This document shows, piece after piece, positions 29,601 through 44,779 of a DNA stretch of 64,000 nt. Both the position numbers and the translations under genes were made by a program. Location of the stretch: the NCBI GenBank assembly GCA_964016885.1, contig OZ024741.1, forward strand, positions 397,978,001 through 398,042,000. The letters run 5' to 3'. The number at the start of each line of letters is the position of its first letter. Position 1 is the stretch's first letter. The stretch comes from Eledone cirrhosa. Taxonomy: Eukaryota. The notes beneath the pieces were generated by a model. The model was not told where the DNA came from and searched no databases. It was given only the letters and a program-made list of their open reading frames with translations.

Positions 29601-32600
29601 AACCTATTACTTTACAGTTACTTACCCTGTCACAACCTATTACATTACAGTTACTTCCCCTGTCACTTCTACTCTCCTCTCACAACCTATTACATTACAG
29701 TTACTTCCCCTGTCACTTCTACTCTCCTCTCACAACCTATTACTTTACAGTTACTTCCCCTGTCACTTCTACGCTCCTCTCACAACCTATTACTTTACAG
29801 TTACTTACCCTCTCACAACATTACATTACAGTTACTTCCCCTGTCACTTCTACTCTCCTCTCACAACCTATTACATTACAGTTACTTCCCCTGTCACAAC
29901 CTATTACATTACAGTTACTTCCCCTGTCACTTCTACTCTACTCTCACAACCTATTACTTTACAGTTACTTCCCCTGTCACTTCTACTCTCCTCTCACAAC
30001 CTATTACTTTACAGTTACTTCCCCTGTCACATCTACTCTCCTCTCACAACCTATTACTTTACAGTTACTTCCCCTGTCACTTCTACTCTCCTCTCACAAC
30101 CTATTACATTACAGTTACTTACCCTGTCACAACCTATTACATTACAGTTACTTACCCTGTCACTTCTACTCTCCTCTCACAACCTATTACTTTACAGTTA
30201 CTTACCCTGTAACAACCTATTACTTTACAGTTACTTACCCTGTCACTTCTACTCTCCTCTCACAACCTATTACATTACAGTTACTTACCCTGTTACTTCT
30301 ACTCTCCTCTCACAACCTATTACATTACAGTTACTTACCCTGTCACTTCTACTCTCCTCTCACAACCTATTACTTTACAGTTACTTACCCTGTCACAACC
30401 TATTACATTACAGTTACTTACCCTGTCACTTCTACTCTCCTCTCACAACCTATTACATTACAGTTACTTCCCCTGTCACTTCTACTCTCCTCTCACAACC
30501 TATTACATTACAGTTACTTACCCTGTCACTTCTACTCTCCTCTCACAACCTATTACTTTACAGTTACTTCCCCTGTCACTTCTACTCTCCTCTCACAACC
30601 TATTACTTTACAGTTACTTACCCTGTCACTTCTACTCTCCTCTCACAACCTATTACATTACAGTTACTTACCCTGTCACTTCTACTCTCCTCTCACAACC
30701 TATTACATTACAGTTACTTCCCCTGTCACTTCTACTCTCCTCTCACAACCTATTACATTACAGTTACTTACCCTGTCACTTCTACTCTCCTCTCACAACC
30801 TATTACTTTACAGTTATTTACCCTGTCACTTCTACTCTCCTCTCACAACCTATTACTTTACAGTTACTTCCCCTGTCACTTCTACTCTCCTCTCACAACC
30901 TATTACTTTACAGTTACTTACCCTGTCGCTTCTACTCTCCTCTCACAACCTATTACTTTACAGTTACTTCCCCTGTCACTTCTACTCTCCTCTCACAACC
31001 TATTACATTACAGTTACTTACCCTGTCACAACCTATTACATTACAGTTACTTACCCTGTCACTTCTACTCTCCTCTCACAACCTATTACTTTACAGTTAC
31101 TTCCCCTGTCACTTCTCTCCTCTCACAACCTATTACTTTACAGTTACATACCCTGTCACAACCTATTACATTACAGTTACTTACCCTGTCACTTCTACTC
31201 TCCTCTCACAACCTATTAAATACAGTTACTTACCCTGTCACAACCTATTACTTTACAGTTACTTCCCCTGTCACTTCTACTCTCCTCTCACAACCTATTA
31301 CATTACAGTTACTTACCCTGTCACAACCTATTACATTACAGTTACTTACCATGTCACTTCTACTCTCCTCTCACAACCTATTACTTTACAGTTACTTACC
31401 CTGTCACTTCTACTCTCCTCTCACAACCTATTACTTTACAGTTACTTCCCCTGTCACTTCTACTCTCCTCTCACAACCTATTACATTACAGTTACTTATC
31501 CTGTCACGACCTATTACATTACAGTTACTTACCCTGTCACTTCTACTCTCCTCTCACAACCTATTACTTTACAGTTACTTACCCTGTCACAACCTATTAC
31601 TTTACAGTTACTTCCCCTGTCACTTCTACTCTCCTCTCACAACCTATTACTTTTCAGTTACTTACCCTGTCACAACCTATTACATTACAGTTACTTCCCC
31701 TGTCACTTCTACTCTCCTCTCACAACCTATTACTTTACAGTTACTTACCCTGTCACAACCTATTACTTTACAGTTACTTCCCCTGTCACTTCTACTCTAC
31801 TCTCACAACCTATTACATTACAGTTACTTCCCCTGTCACTTCTACTCTCCTCTCACAACCTATTACATTAGAGTTACTTCCCCTGTCACTTCTACTCTCC
31901 TCTCACAACCTATTACATTACAGTTACTTCCCCTGTCACTTCTACTCTCCTCTCACAACCTATTACTTTACAGTTAGTTACCCTCTCACAACCTATTACA
32001 TTACGGTTACTTCCCCTGTCACTTCTACTCTCCTCTCACAACCTATTACTTTACAGTTACTTCCCCTGTCACTTCTACTCTCCTCTCACAACCTATTACA
32101 TTACAGTTACTTACCCTGTCACAACCTATTACATTACAGTTAATTCCCCTGTCACTTCTACTCTCCTCTCACAACCTATTACTTTACAGTTACTTCCCCT
32201 GTCACTTCTACTCTCCTCTCACAACCTATTACTTTACAGTTACTTCCCCTGTCACTTCTATTCTCCTCTCACAACCTAATAAATTACAGTTACTTCCCCT
32301 GTCACTTCTACTCTCCTCTCACAACCTAATACATTACAGTTACTTCCCCTGTCACTTCTACTCTCCTCTCACAACCTATTACTTTACAGTTACTTCCCCT
32401 GTCACTTCTACTCTCCTCTCACAACCTATTACATTACAGTTACTTCCCCTGTCACAACCTATTACATTACAGTTACTTCCCCTGTCACAACCTATTACAT
32501 TACAGTTACTTCCCCTGTCACTTCTACTCTCCTGTCACAACCTATTACATTACAGTTACTTCCCCTGTCACTTCTACTCTCCTCTCACAACCTATTTCTT

Positions 32601-35600
32601 TACAGTTACTTCCCCTGTCACTTCTACTCTCCTCTCACAACCTATTACATTACAGTTACTTCCCCTGTCACTTCTACTCTCCTCTCACAACCTATTACTT
32701 TACAGTTACTTACCCTGTCACAACCTATTACTTTACAGTTACTTCCCCTGTCACGTCTACTCTCCTCTCACAACCTATTAATTTACAGTTACTTCCCCTG
32801 TCACTTCTACTCTCCTCTCACAACCTATTACATTACAGTTACTTCCCCTGTCACAACCTATTACATTACAGTTACTTCCCCTCTCACAACCTATTACTTT
32901 ACAGTTACTTACCCTGTCACTTCTACTCTCCTCTCACAACCTATTACATTACAGTTACTTACCCTGTCACAACCTATTACATTACAGTTACTTACAATGT
33001 CACTTCTACTCTCCTCTCACAACCTATTACTTTACAGTTACTTACCCTGTCACTTCTACTCTCCTCTCACAACCTATTACTTTACAGTTACTTCCCCTGT
33101 CACTTCTACTCTCCTCTCACAACCTATTACATTACAGTTACTTATCCTGTCACGACCTATTACATTACAGTTACTTACCCTGTCACTTCTACTCTCCTCT
33201 CACAACCTATTACTTTACAGTTACTTACCCTGTCACAACCTATTACTTTACAGTTACTTCCCCTGTCACTTCTACTCTCCTCTCACAACCTATTACTTTA
33301 CAGTTACTTACCCTGTCACAACCTATTACATTACAGTTACTTCCCCTGTCACTTCTACTCTCCTCTCACAACCTATTACTTTACAGTTACTTACCCTGTC
33401 ACAACCTATTACTTTACAGTTACTTCCCCTGTCACTTCTACTCTACTCTCACAACCTATTACATTACAGTTACTTCCCCTGTCACAACCTATTACATTAC
33501 AGTTACTTCCCCTGTCACAACCTATTACATTACAGTTACTTCCCCTGTCACTTCTACTCTCCTGTCACAACCTATTACATTACAGTTACTTCCCCTGTCA
33601 CTTCTACTCTCCTCTCACAACCTATTACTTTACAGTTACTTCCCCTGTCACTTCTACTCTCCTCTCACAACCTATTACTTTACAGTTACTTCCCCTGTCA
33701 CTTCTACTCTCCTCTCACAACCTATTACATTACAGTTACTTCCCCTGTCACTTCTACTCTCCTCTCACAACCTATTACATTACAGTTACTTCCCCTGTCA
33801 CAACCTATTACATTACAGTTACTTCTCCTGTCACAACCTATTACATTACAGTTACTTACCCTGTCACTTCTACTCTCCTCTCACAACCTATTACTTTACA
33901 GTTATTTACCCTGTCACTTCTACTCTCCTCTCACAACCTATTACTTTACAGTTACTTACCCTGTCACTTCTACTCTCCTCTCACAACCTATTACTTTACA
34001 GTTACTTCCCCTGTCACTTCTACTCTCCTCTCACAACCTATTACATTACAGTTACTTACCCTGTCACAACCTATTACATTACAGTTACTTACCCTGTCAC
34101 TTCTACTCTCCTCTCACAACCTATTACTTTACAGTTACTTCCCCTGTCACTTCTACTCTCCTCTCACAACCTATTACTTTACAGTTACTTCCCCTGTCAC
34201 TTCTACTCTCCTCTCACAACCTATTACATTACAGTTACATACCCTGTCACAACCTATTACATTACAGTTACTTACCCTGTCACTTCTACTCTCCTCTCAC
34301 AACCTATTACTTTACAGTTACTTACCCTGTCACAGCCTATTACATTACAGTTACTTCCCCTGTCACTTCTACTCTCCTCTCACAACCTATTACTTTACAG
34401 TTACCTCCCCTGTCACTTCCACTCTCCTCTCACAACCTATTACTTTACAGTTACTTACCCTGTCACAACCTATTACATTACAGTTACTTCCCCTGTCACT
34501 TCTACTCTCCTCTCACAACCTATTACATTACAGTTACTTCCCCTGTCACTTCTACTCTCCTCTCACAACCTATTACTTTACAGTTACTTCCCCTGTCACT
34601 TCTACGCTCCTCTCACAACCTATTACTTTACAGTTACTTACCCTCTCACAACATTACATTACAGTTACTTCCCCTGTCACTTCTACTCTCCTCTCACAAC
34701 CTATTACATTACAGTTACTTCCCCTGTCACAACCTATTACATTACAGTTACTTCCCCTGTCACTTCTACTCTACTCTCACAACCTATTACTTTACAGTTA
34801 CTTCCCCTGTCACTTCTACTCTCCTCTCACAACCTATTACTTTACAGTTACTTCCCCTGTCACATCTACTCTCCTCTCACAACCTATTACTTTACAGTTA
34901 CTTCCCCTGTCACTTCTACTCTCCTCTCACAACCTATTACATTACAGTTACTTACCCTGTCACAACCTATTACATTACAGTTACTTACCCTGTCACTTCT
35001 ACTCTCCTCTCACAACCTATTACTTTACAGTTACTTACCCTGTAACAACCTATTACTTTACAGTTACTTACCCTGTCACTTCTACTCTCCTCTCACAACC
35101 TATTACATTACAGTTACTTACCCTGTTACTTCTACTCTCCTCTCACAACCTATTACATTACAGTTACTTACCCTGTCACTTCTACTCTCCTCTCACAACC
35201 TATTACTTTACAGTTACTTACCCTGTCACAACCTATTACATTACAGTTACTTACCCTGTCACTTCTACTCTCCTCTCACAACCTATTACATTACAGTTAC
35301 TTCCCCTGTCACTTCTACTCTCCTCTCACAACCTATTACATTACAGTTACTTACCCTGTCACTTCTACTCTCCTCTCACAACCTATTACTTTACAGTTAC
35401 TTCCCCTGTCACTTCTACTCTCCTCTCACAACCTATTACTTTACAGTTACTTACCCTGTCACTTCTACTCTCCTCTCACAACCTATTACATTACAGTTAC
35501 TTACCCTGTCACTTCTACTCTCCTCTCACAACCTATTACATTACAGTTACTTCCCCTGTCACTTCTACTCTCCTCTCACAACCTATTACATTACAGTTAC

Positions 35601-38600
35601 TTACCCTGTCACTTCTACTCTCCTCTCACAACCTATTACTTTACAGTTATTTACCCTGTCACTTCTACTCTCCTCTCACAACCTATTACTTTACAGTTAC
35701 TTCCCCTGTCACTTCTACTCTCCTCTCACAACCTATTACTTTACAGTTACTTACCCTGTCGCTTCTACTCTCCTCTCACAACCTATTACTTTACAGTTAC
35801 TTCCCCTGTCACTTCTACTCTCCTCTCACAACCTATTACATTACAGTTACTTACCCTGTCACAACCTATTACATTACAGTTACTTACCCTGTCACTTCTA
35901 CTCTCCTCTCACAACCTATTACTTTACAGTTACTTCCCCTGTCACTTCTCTCCTCTCACAACCTATTACTTTACAGTTACATACCCTGTCACAACCTATT
36001 ACATTACAGTTACTTACCCTGTCACTTCTACTCTCCTCTCACAACCTATTAAATACAGTTACTTACCCTGTCACAACCTATTACTTTACAGTTACTTCCC
36101 CTGTCACTTCTACTCTCCTCTCACAACCTATTACATTACAGTTACTTACCCTGTCACAACCTATTACATTACAGTTACTTACCATGTCACTTCTACTCTC
36201 CTCTCACAACCTATTACTTTACAGTTACTTACCCTGTCACTTCTACTCTCCTCTCACAACCTATTACTTTACAGTTACTTCCCCTGTCACTTCTACTCTC
36301 CTCTCACAACCTATTACATTACAGTTACTTATCCTGTCACGACCTATTACATTACAGTTACTTACCCTGTCACTTCTACTCTCCTCTCACAACCTATTAC
36401 TTTACAGTTACTTACCCTGTCACAACCTATTACTTTACAGTTACTTCCCCTGTCACTTCTACTCTCCTCTCACAACCTATTACTTTTCAGTTACTTACCC
36501 TGTCACAACCTATTACATTACAGTTACTTCCCCTGTCACTTCTACTCTCCTCTCACAACCTATTACTTTACAGTTACTTACCCTGTCACAACCTATTACT
36601 TTACAGTTACTTCCCCTGTCACTTCTACTCTACTCTCACAACCTATTACATTACAGTTACTTCCCCTGTCACTTCTACTCTCCTCTCACAACCTATTACA
36701 TTAGAGTTACTTCCCCTGTCACTTCTACTCTCCTCTCACAACCTATTACATTACAGTTACTTCCCCTGTCACTTCTACTCTCCTCTCACAACCTATTACT
36801 TTACAGTTAGTTACCCTCTCACAACCTATTACATTACGGTTACTTCCCCTGTCACTTCTACTCTCCTCTCACAACCTATTACTTTACAGTTACTTCCCCT
36901 GTCACTTCTACTCTCCTCTCACAACCTATTACATTACAGTTACTTACCCTGTCACAACCTATTACATTACAGTTAATTCCCCTGTCACTTCTACTCTCCT
37001 CTCACAACCTATTACTTTACAGTTACTTCCCCTGTCACTTCTACTCTCCTCTCACAACCTATTACTTTACAGTTACTTCCCCTGTCACTTCTATTCTCCT
37101 CTCACAACCTAATAAATTACAGTTACTTCCCCTGTCACTTCTACTCTCCTCTCACAACCTAATACATTACAGTTACTTCCCCTGTCACTTCTACTCTCCT
37201 CTCACAACCTATTACTTTACAGTTACTTCCCCTGTCACTTCTACTCTCCTCTCACAACCTATTACATTACAGTTACTTCCCCTGTCACAACCTATTACAT
37301 TACAGTTACTTCCCCTGTCACAACCTATTACATTACAGTTACTTCCCCTGTCACTTCTACTCTCCTGTCACAACCTATTACATTACAGTTACTTCCCCTG
37401 TCACTTCTACTCTCCTCTCACAACCTATTTCTTTACAGTTACTTCCCCTGTCACTTCTACTCTCCTCTCACAACCTATTACATTACAGTTACTTCCCCTG
37501 TCACTTCTACTCTCCTCTCACAACCTATTACTTTACAGTTACTTACCCTGTCACAACCTATTACTTTACAGTTACTTCCCCTGTCACGTCTACTCTCCTC
37601 TCACAACCTATTAATTTACAGTTACTTCCCCTGTCACTTCTACTCTCCTCTCACAACCTATTACATTACAGTTACTTCCCCTGTCACAACCTATTACATT
37701 ACAGTTACTTCCCCTCTCACAACCTATTACTTTACAGTTACTTACCCTGTCACTTCTACTCTCCTCTCACAACCTATTACATTACAGTTACTTACCCTGT
37801 CACAACCTATTACATTACAGTTACTTACAATGTCACTTCTACTCTCCTCTCACAACCTATTACTTTACAGTTACTTACCCTGTCACTTCTACTCTCCTCT
37901 CACAACCTATTACTTTACAGTTACTTCCCCTGTCACTTCTACTCTCCTCTCACAACCTATTACATTACAGTTACTTATCCTGTCACGACCTATTACATTA
38001 CAGTTACTTACCCTGTCACTTCTACTCTCCTCTCACAACCTATTACTTTACAGTTACTTACCCTGTCACAACCTATTACTTTACAGTTACTTCCCCTGTC
38101 ACTTCTACTCTCCTCTCACAACCTATTACTTTACAGTTACTTCCCCTGTCACTTCTACTCTCCTCTCACAACCTATTACTTTACAGTTACTTACCCTGTC
38201 ACAACCTATTACATTACAGTTACTTCCCCTGTCACTTCTACTCTCCTCTCACAACCTATTACTTTACAGTTACTTACCCTGTCACAACCTATTACTTTAC
38301 AGTTACTTCCCCTGTCACTTCTACTCTACTCTCACAACCTATTACATTACAGTTACTTCCCCTGTCACTTCTACTCTCCTCTCACAACCTATTACATTAG
38401 AGTTACTTCCCCTGTCACTTCTACTCTCCTCTCACAACCTATTACATTACAGTTACTTCCCCTGTCACTTCTACTCTCCTCTCACAACCTATTACTTTAC
38501 AGTTAGTTACCCTCTCACAACCTATTACATTACGGTTACTTCCCCTGTCACTTCTACTCTCCTCTCACAACCTATTACTTTACAGTTACTTCCCCTCTCA

Positions 38601-41600
38601 CTTCTACTCTCCTCTCACAACCTATTACATTACAGTTACTTACCCTGTCACAACCTATTACATTACAGTTAATTCCCCTGTCACTTCTACTCTCCTCTCA
38701 CAACCTATTACTTTACAGTTACTTCCCCTGTCACTTCTACTCTCCTCTCACAACCTATTACTTTACAGTTACTTCCCCTGTCACTTCTATTCTCCTCTCA
38801 CAACCTATTACATTACAGTTACTTCCCCTGTCACAACATATTACATTACAGTTACTTCCCCTGTCACAACCTATTACATTACAGTTACTTCCCCTGTCAC
38901 TTCTACTCTCCTGTCAGAACCTATTACATTACAGTTACTTCCCCTGTCACTTCTACTCTCCTCTCACAACCTATTTCTTTACAGTTACTTCCCCTGTCAC
39001 TTCTACTCTCCTCTCACAACCTATTACATTACAGTTACTTCCCCTGTCACTTCTACTCTCCTCTCACAACCTATTACTTTACAGTTACTTACCCTGTCAC
39101 AACCTATTACTTTACAGTTACTTCCCCTGTCACTTCTACTCTCCTCTCACAACCTATTACTTTACAGTTACTTCCCCTGTCACTTCTACTCTCCTCTCAC
39201 AACCTATTACATTACAGTTACTTCCCCTGTCACAACCTATTACATTACAGTTACTTCCCCTCTCACAACCTATTACTTTACAGTTACTTACCCTGTCACT
39301 TCTACTCTCCTATCACAACCTATTACTTTACAGTTACTTCCCCTGTCACTTCTACTCTCCTATCACAACCTATTACTTTACAGTTACTTACCCTGTCACT
39401 TCTACTCTCCTGTCACAACCTATTACATTACAGTTACTTCCCTGTCACTTCTACTCTCCTCTCACAACCTATTACTTTACAGTTACTTACCCTGTCACAA
39501 CCTATTACATTACAGTTACTTCCCCTGTCACTTCTACTCTCCTCTCACAACCTATTACTTTACAGTTACTTACCCTGTCACAATCTATTACTTTACAGTT
39601 ACTTCCCCTGTCACTTCTACTCTCCTCTCACAACCTATTACATTAGAGTTACTTCCCCTGTCACTTCTACTCTCCTCTCACAACCTATTACATTACAGTT
39701 ACTTCCCCTGTCACTTCTACTCTCCTCTCACAACCTATTACTTTACAGTTACTTACCGTCTCACAACCTATTACATTACAGTTACTTCCCCTGTCACTTC
39801 TACTCTCCTCTCACAACCTATTACTTTACAGTTACTTACCCTGTCACAACCTATTACTTTACAGTTACTTCCCCTGTCACTTCTACTCTCCTCTCACAAC
39901 CTATTACATTACAGTTACTTCCCCTGTCACTTCTACTCTCCTCTCACAACCTATTACATTAGAGTTACTTCCCCGGTCACTTCTACTCTCCTCTCACAAC
40001 CTATTACATTACAGTTACTTCCCCTGTCACTTCTACTCTCCTCTCACAACCTATTACTTTACAGTTACTTACGCTCTCACAACCAATTACATTACAGTTA
40101 CTTCCCCTGTCACTACTACTCTCCTCTCACAACCTATTACTTTACAGTTACTTCCCCTGTCACTTCTACTCTCCTCTCACAACCTATTACATTACAGTTA
40201 CTTACCCTGTCACAACCTATTACATTACAGTTACTTCCCCTGTCACTTCTACTCTCCTCTCACAACCTATTACTTTACAGTTACTTCCCCTGTCACTTCT
40301 ACTCTCCTCTCACAACCTATTACTTTACAGTTACTTCCCCTGTCACTTCTACTCTCCTCTCACAACATAATAAATTACAGTTACTTCCCCTGTCACTTCT
40401 ACTCTCCTCTCACAACCTAATGCATTACAGTTACTTCCCCTGTCACTTCTACTCTCCTCTCACAACCTATTACTTTACAGTTACTTCCCCTGTCACTTCT
40501 ACTCTCCTCTCACAACCTATTACATTACAGTTACTTCCCCCGTCACAACCTATTACATTACAGTTACTTCCCCTGTCACAACCTATTACATTACAGTTAC
40601 TTCCCCTGTCACTTCTACTCTCCTGTCACAACCTATTACATTACAGTTACTTCCCCTGTCACTTCTACTCTCCTCTCACAACCTATTACTTTACAGTTAC
40701 TTCCCCTGTCACTTCTACTCTCCTCTCACAACCTATTACATTACAGTTACTTCCCCTGTCACTTCTACTCTCCTCTCACAACCTATTACATTACAGTTAC
40801 TTCCCCTGTCACAACCTATTACATTACAGTTACTTCCCCTGTCACAACCTATTACATTACAGTTACTTACCCTGTCACTTCTACTCTCCTCTCACAACCT
40901 ATTACTTTACAGTTATTTACCCTGTCACTTCTACTCTCCTCTCACAACCTATTACTTTACAGTTACTTACCCTGTCACTTCTACTCTCCTCTCACAACCT
41001 ATTACATTACAGTTACTTACCCTGTCACAACCTATTACATGACAGTTACTTACCCTGTCACTTCTACTCTCCTCTCACAACCTATTACTTTACAGTTACT
41101 TCCCCTGTCACTTCTACTCTCCTCTCACAACCTATTACTTTACAGTTACTTCCCCTGTCACTTCTACTCTCCTCTCACAACCTATTACATTACAGTTACA
41201 TACCCTGTCACAACCTATTACATTACAGTTACTTACCCTGTCACTTCTACTCTCCTCTCACAACCAATTACTTTACAGTTACTTACCCTGTCACAACCTA
41301 TTACTTTACAGTTACTTCCCCTGTCACTTCTACTCTCCTCTCACAACCTATTACATTACAGTTACTTACCCTGTCACAACCTATTACATTACAGTTACTT
41401 ACCATGTCACTTCTACTCTCCTCTCACAACCTATTACTTTACAGTTACTTACCCTGTCACAACCTATTACTTTACAGTTACTTCCCCTGTCACTTCTACT
41501 CTCCTCTCACAACCTATTACTTTACAGTTACTTACCCTGTCACAACCTATTACTTTACAGTTAGTTCCCCTGTCACTTCTACTCTCCTCTCACAACCTAT

Positions 41601-44100
41601 TACATTACAGTAACTTACCCTGTCACAACCTATTACTTTACAGTTACTTCCCCTGTCACTTCTACTCTCCTCTCACAACCTATTACATTACAGTTACTTA
41701 CCCTGTCACAACCTATTACATTACAGTTACTTACCCTGTCACTTCTACTCTCCTCTCACAACCTATTACTTTACAGTTACTTACCCTGTCACAACCTATT
41801 ACTTTACAGTTACTTCCACTGTCACTTCTACTCTCCTCTCACAACCTATTACATTACAGTTACTTACCCTGTCACTTCTACTCTCCTCTCACAACCTATT
41901 TACAGTTACTTACCCTGTCACAACCTATTACATTACAGTTACTTCCCCTGTCAATTCTACTCTCCTCTCACAACCTATTACTTTACAGTTACTTCCCCTG
42001 TCACTTCTACTCTCCTCTCGCAACCTATTACATTACAGTTATTTCCCCTGTCACTTCTACTCTCCTCTCACAACCTATTACTTTACAGTTACTTCCCCTG
42101 TCACTTCTACTCTCCTCTCACAACCTATTACATTACAGTTACTTCCCCTGTCACTTCTACTCTCCTCTCACAACCTATTACATTACAGTTACTTCCCCTG
42201 TCAATTCTACTCTCCTCTCACAACCTATTACTTTACAGTTACTTCCCCTGTCACTTCTACTCTCCTCTCACAACCTATTACATTACAGTTACTTCCCCAG
42301 TCACTTCTACTCTCCTCTCACAACCTATTACTTTACAGTTACTTACCCTGTCACAACCTATTACTTTACAGTTACTTACCCTGTCACTTCTACTCTCCTC
42401 TCACAACCTATTACATTAGAGTTACTTCCCCTGTCACTTCTACTCTCCTCTCACAACCTATTACATTACAGTTGCTTCCCCTGTCACTTCTATTCTCCTC
42501 TCACAACCTATTACTTTACAGTTACTTACCCTCTCACAACCTATTACATTACAGTTACTTCCCCTGTCACTTCTACTCTCCTCTCACAACCTATTACTTT
42601 AGAGTTACTTCCCCTGTCACTTCTACTCTCCTCTCACAACCTATTACATTACAGTTATTTACCCTGTCACAACCTATTACATTACAGTTACTTCCCCTGT
42701 CACTTCTACTCTTCTCTCACAACCTATTACTTTACAGTTACTTACCCTGTCACAACCTATTACTTTACAGTTATTTCCCCTGTCACTTCTACTCTCCTCT
42801 CACAACCTATTACTTTACAGTTACTTACCCTGTCACAACCTATTACTTTACAGTTGCTTCCCCTCTCACTTCTACTCTCCTCTCACAACCTATTACATTA
42901 CAGTTACTTCCCCTGTCACTTCTACTCTCCTCTCACAACCTATTACTTTACAGTTACTTACCCTGTCACAACCTATTACTTTACAGTTACTTCCCCTGTC
43001 ACTTCTACTCTCCTCTCACAACCTATTACTTTACAGTTACTTCCCCTGTCACTTCTACTCTCCTCTCACAACCTATTACATTACAGTTACTTCCCCTGTC
43101 ACAACCTATTACATTACAGTTACTTCCCCTCTCACAACCTATTACTTTACAGTTACTTACCCTGTCACTTCTACTCTCCTATCACAACCTATTACTTTAC
43201 AGTTACTTCCCCTGTCACTTCTACTCTCCTATCACAACCTATTACTTTACAGTTACTTACCCTGTCACTTCTACTCTCCTGTCACAACCTATTACATTAC
43301 AGTTACTTCCCTGTCACTTCTACTCTCCTCTCACAACCTATTACTTTACAGTTACCTACCCTGTCACAACCTATTACATTACAGTTACTTCCCCTGTCAC
43401 TTCTACTCTCCTCTCGCAACCTATTACTTTACAGTTAATTCCCCTGTCACTTCTACTCTCCTCTCACAACCTATTACATTACAGTTACTTCCCCTGTCAC
43501 TTCTACTCTCCTCTCACAACCTATTACTTTACAGTTACTTACCCTCTCACAACCAATTACATTACAGTTACTTCCCCTGTCACTTCTACTCTCCTCTCAC
43601 AACCTATTACTTTACAGTTACTTCCCCTGTCACTTCTACTCTCCTCTCACAACCTATTACATTACAGTTACTTACCCTGTCACAACCTATTACATTACAG
43701 TTACTTCCCCTGTCACTTCTACTCTCCTCTCACAACCTATTACTTTACAGTTACTTCCCCTGTCACTTCTACTCTCCTCTCACAACCTATTACTTTACAG
43801 TTACTTCCCCTGTCACTTCTACTCTCCTCTCACAACATAATAAATTACAGTTACTTCCCCTGTCACTTCTACTCTCCTCTCACAACCTAATACATTACAG
43901 TTACTTCCCCTGTCACTTCCACTCTCCTCTCACAACCTATTACTTTACAGTTACTTCCCCTGTCACTTCTACTCTCCTCTCACAACCTATTACATTACAG
44001 TTACTTCCCCTGTCACAACCTATTACATTACAGTTACTTCCCCTGTCACAACCTATTACATTACAGTTACTTCCCCTGTCACTTCTCCTCTCCTGTCACA
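22066..44100. repeat. Older dispersed segmental repeat: ~22.1-28.7 kb resembles ~37.8-44.1 kb (offset ~15.4-15.8 kb)
   Basis: ACAATCTA 23920/39584, ACCGTCTC 24094/39758 and ACGCTCTC 24409/40073 are offset +15664. The 4-bp deletion CCTATTTACAG is at 26068/41898 (+15830), and GTTGCTT-start ORFs lie at 26692 and 27058 versus 42472. Confidence 0.85.
28613..38330. repeat. Near-perfect tandem duplication, period 4833 bp (2 copies; second has one extra 50-mer near its end)
   Basis: ORF starts 31351/36184 and 32997/37830 are offset +4833, as are TTCTCCTG at 28993/33826 and TACGG at 32005/36838. The last marker, CTCTACTC at 33445/38328, is offset +4883. Confidence 0.92.
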
Positions 44101-44779
44101 ACTTATTACATTACAGTTACTTCCCCTGTCACTTCTACTCTCCTCTCACAACCTATTACTTTACAGTTACTTCCCCTGTCACTTCTACTCTCCTCTCACA
44201 ACCTATTACTTTACAGTTACTTCCCCTGTCACTTCTACTCTCCTGTCACAACTTATTACATTACAGTTTCTTCCCCTGTCACTTCTACTCTCCTCTCACA
44301 ACCTATTACTTTACAGTTACTTCCCCTGTCACTTCTACTCTCCTCTCACAACCTATTACTTTACAGTTACTTCCCCTGTCACTTCTACTCTCCTCTCACA
44401 ACCTATTACTTTACAGTTACTTCCCCTGTCACTTCTACTCTCCTCTCACAACCTATTACATTACAGTTACTTCCCCTGTCACTTCTACTCTCCTCTCACA
44501 ACCTATTACATTACAGTTACTTCCCCTGTCACAACCTATTACATTACAGTTACTTCCCCTGTCACAACCTATTACATTACAGTTACTTCCCCTGTCACTT
44601 CTACTCTCCTCTCACAACCTATTACTTTACAGTTACTTCCCCTGTCACTTCTACTCTCCTCTCACAACCTATTACTTTTCAGTTACTTCCCCTGTCACTT
44701 CTACTCTCCTCTCACAACCTATTACTTTACAGTTACTTACCCTGTCACTTCTACTCTCCTCTCACAACCTATTACTTTA

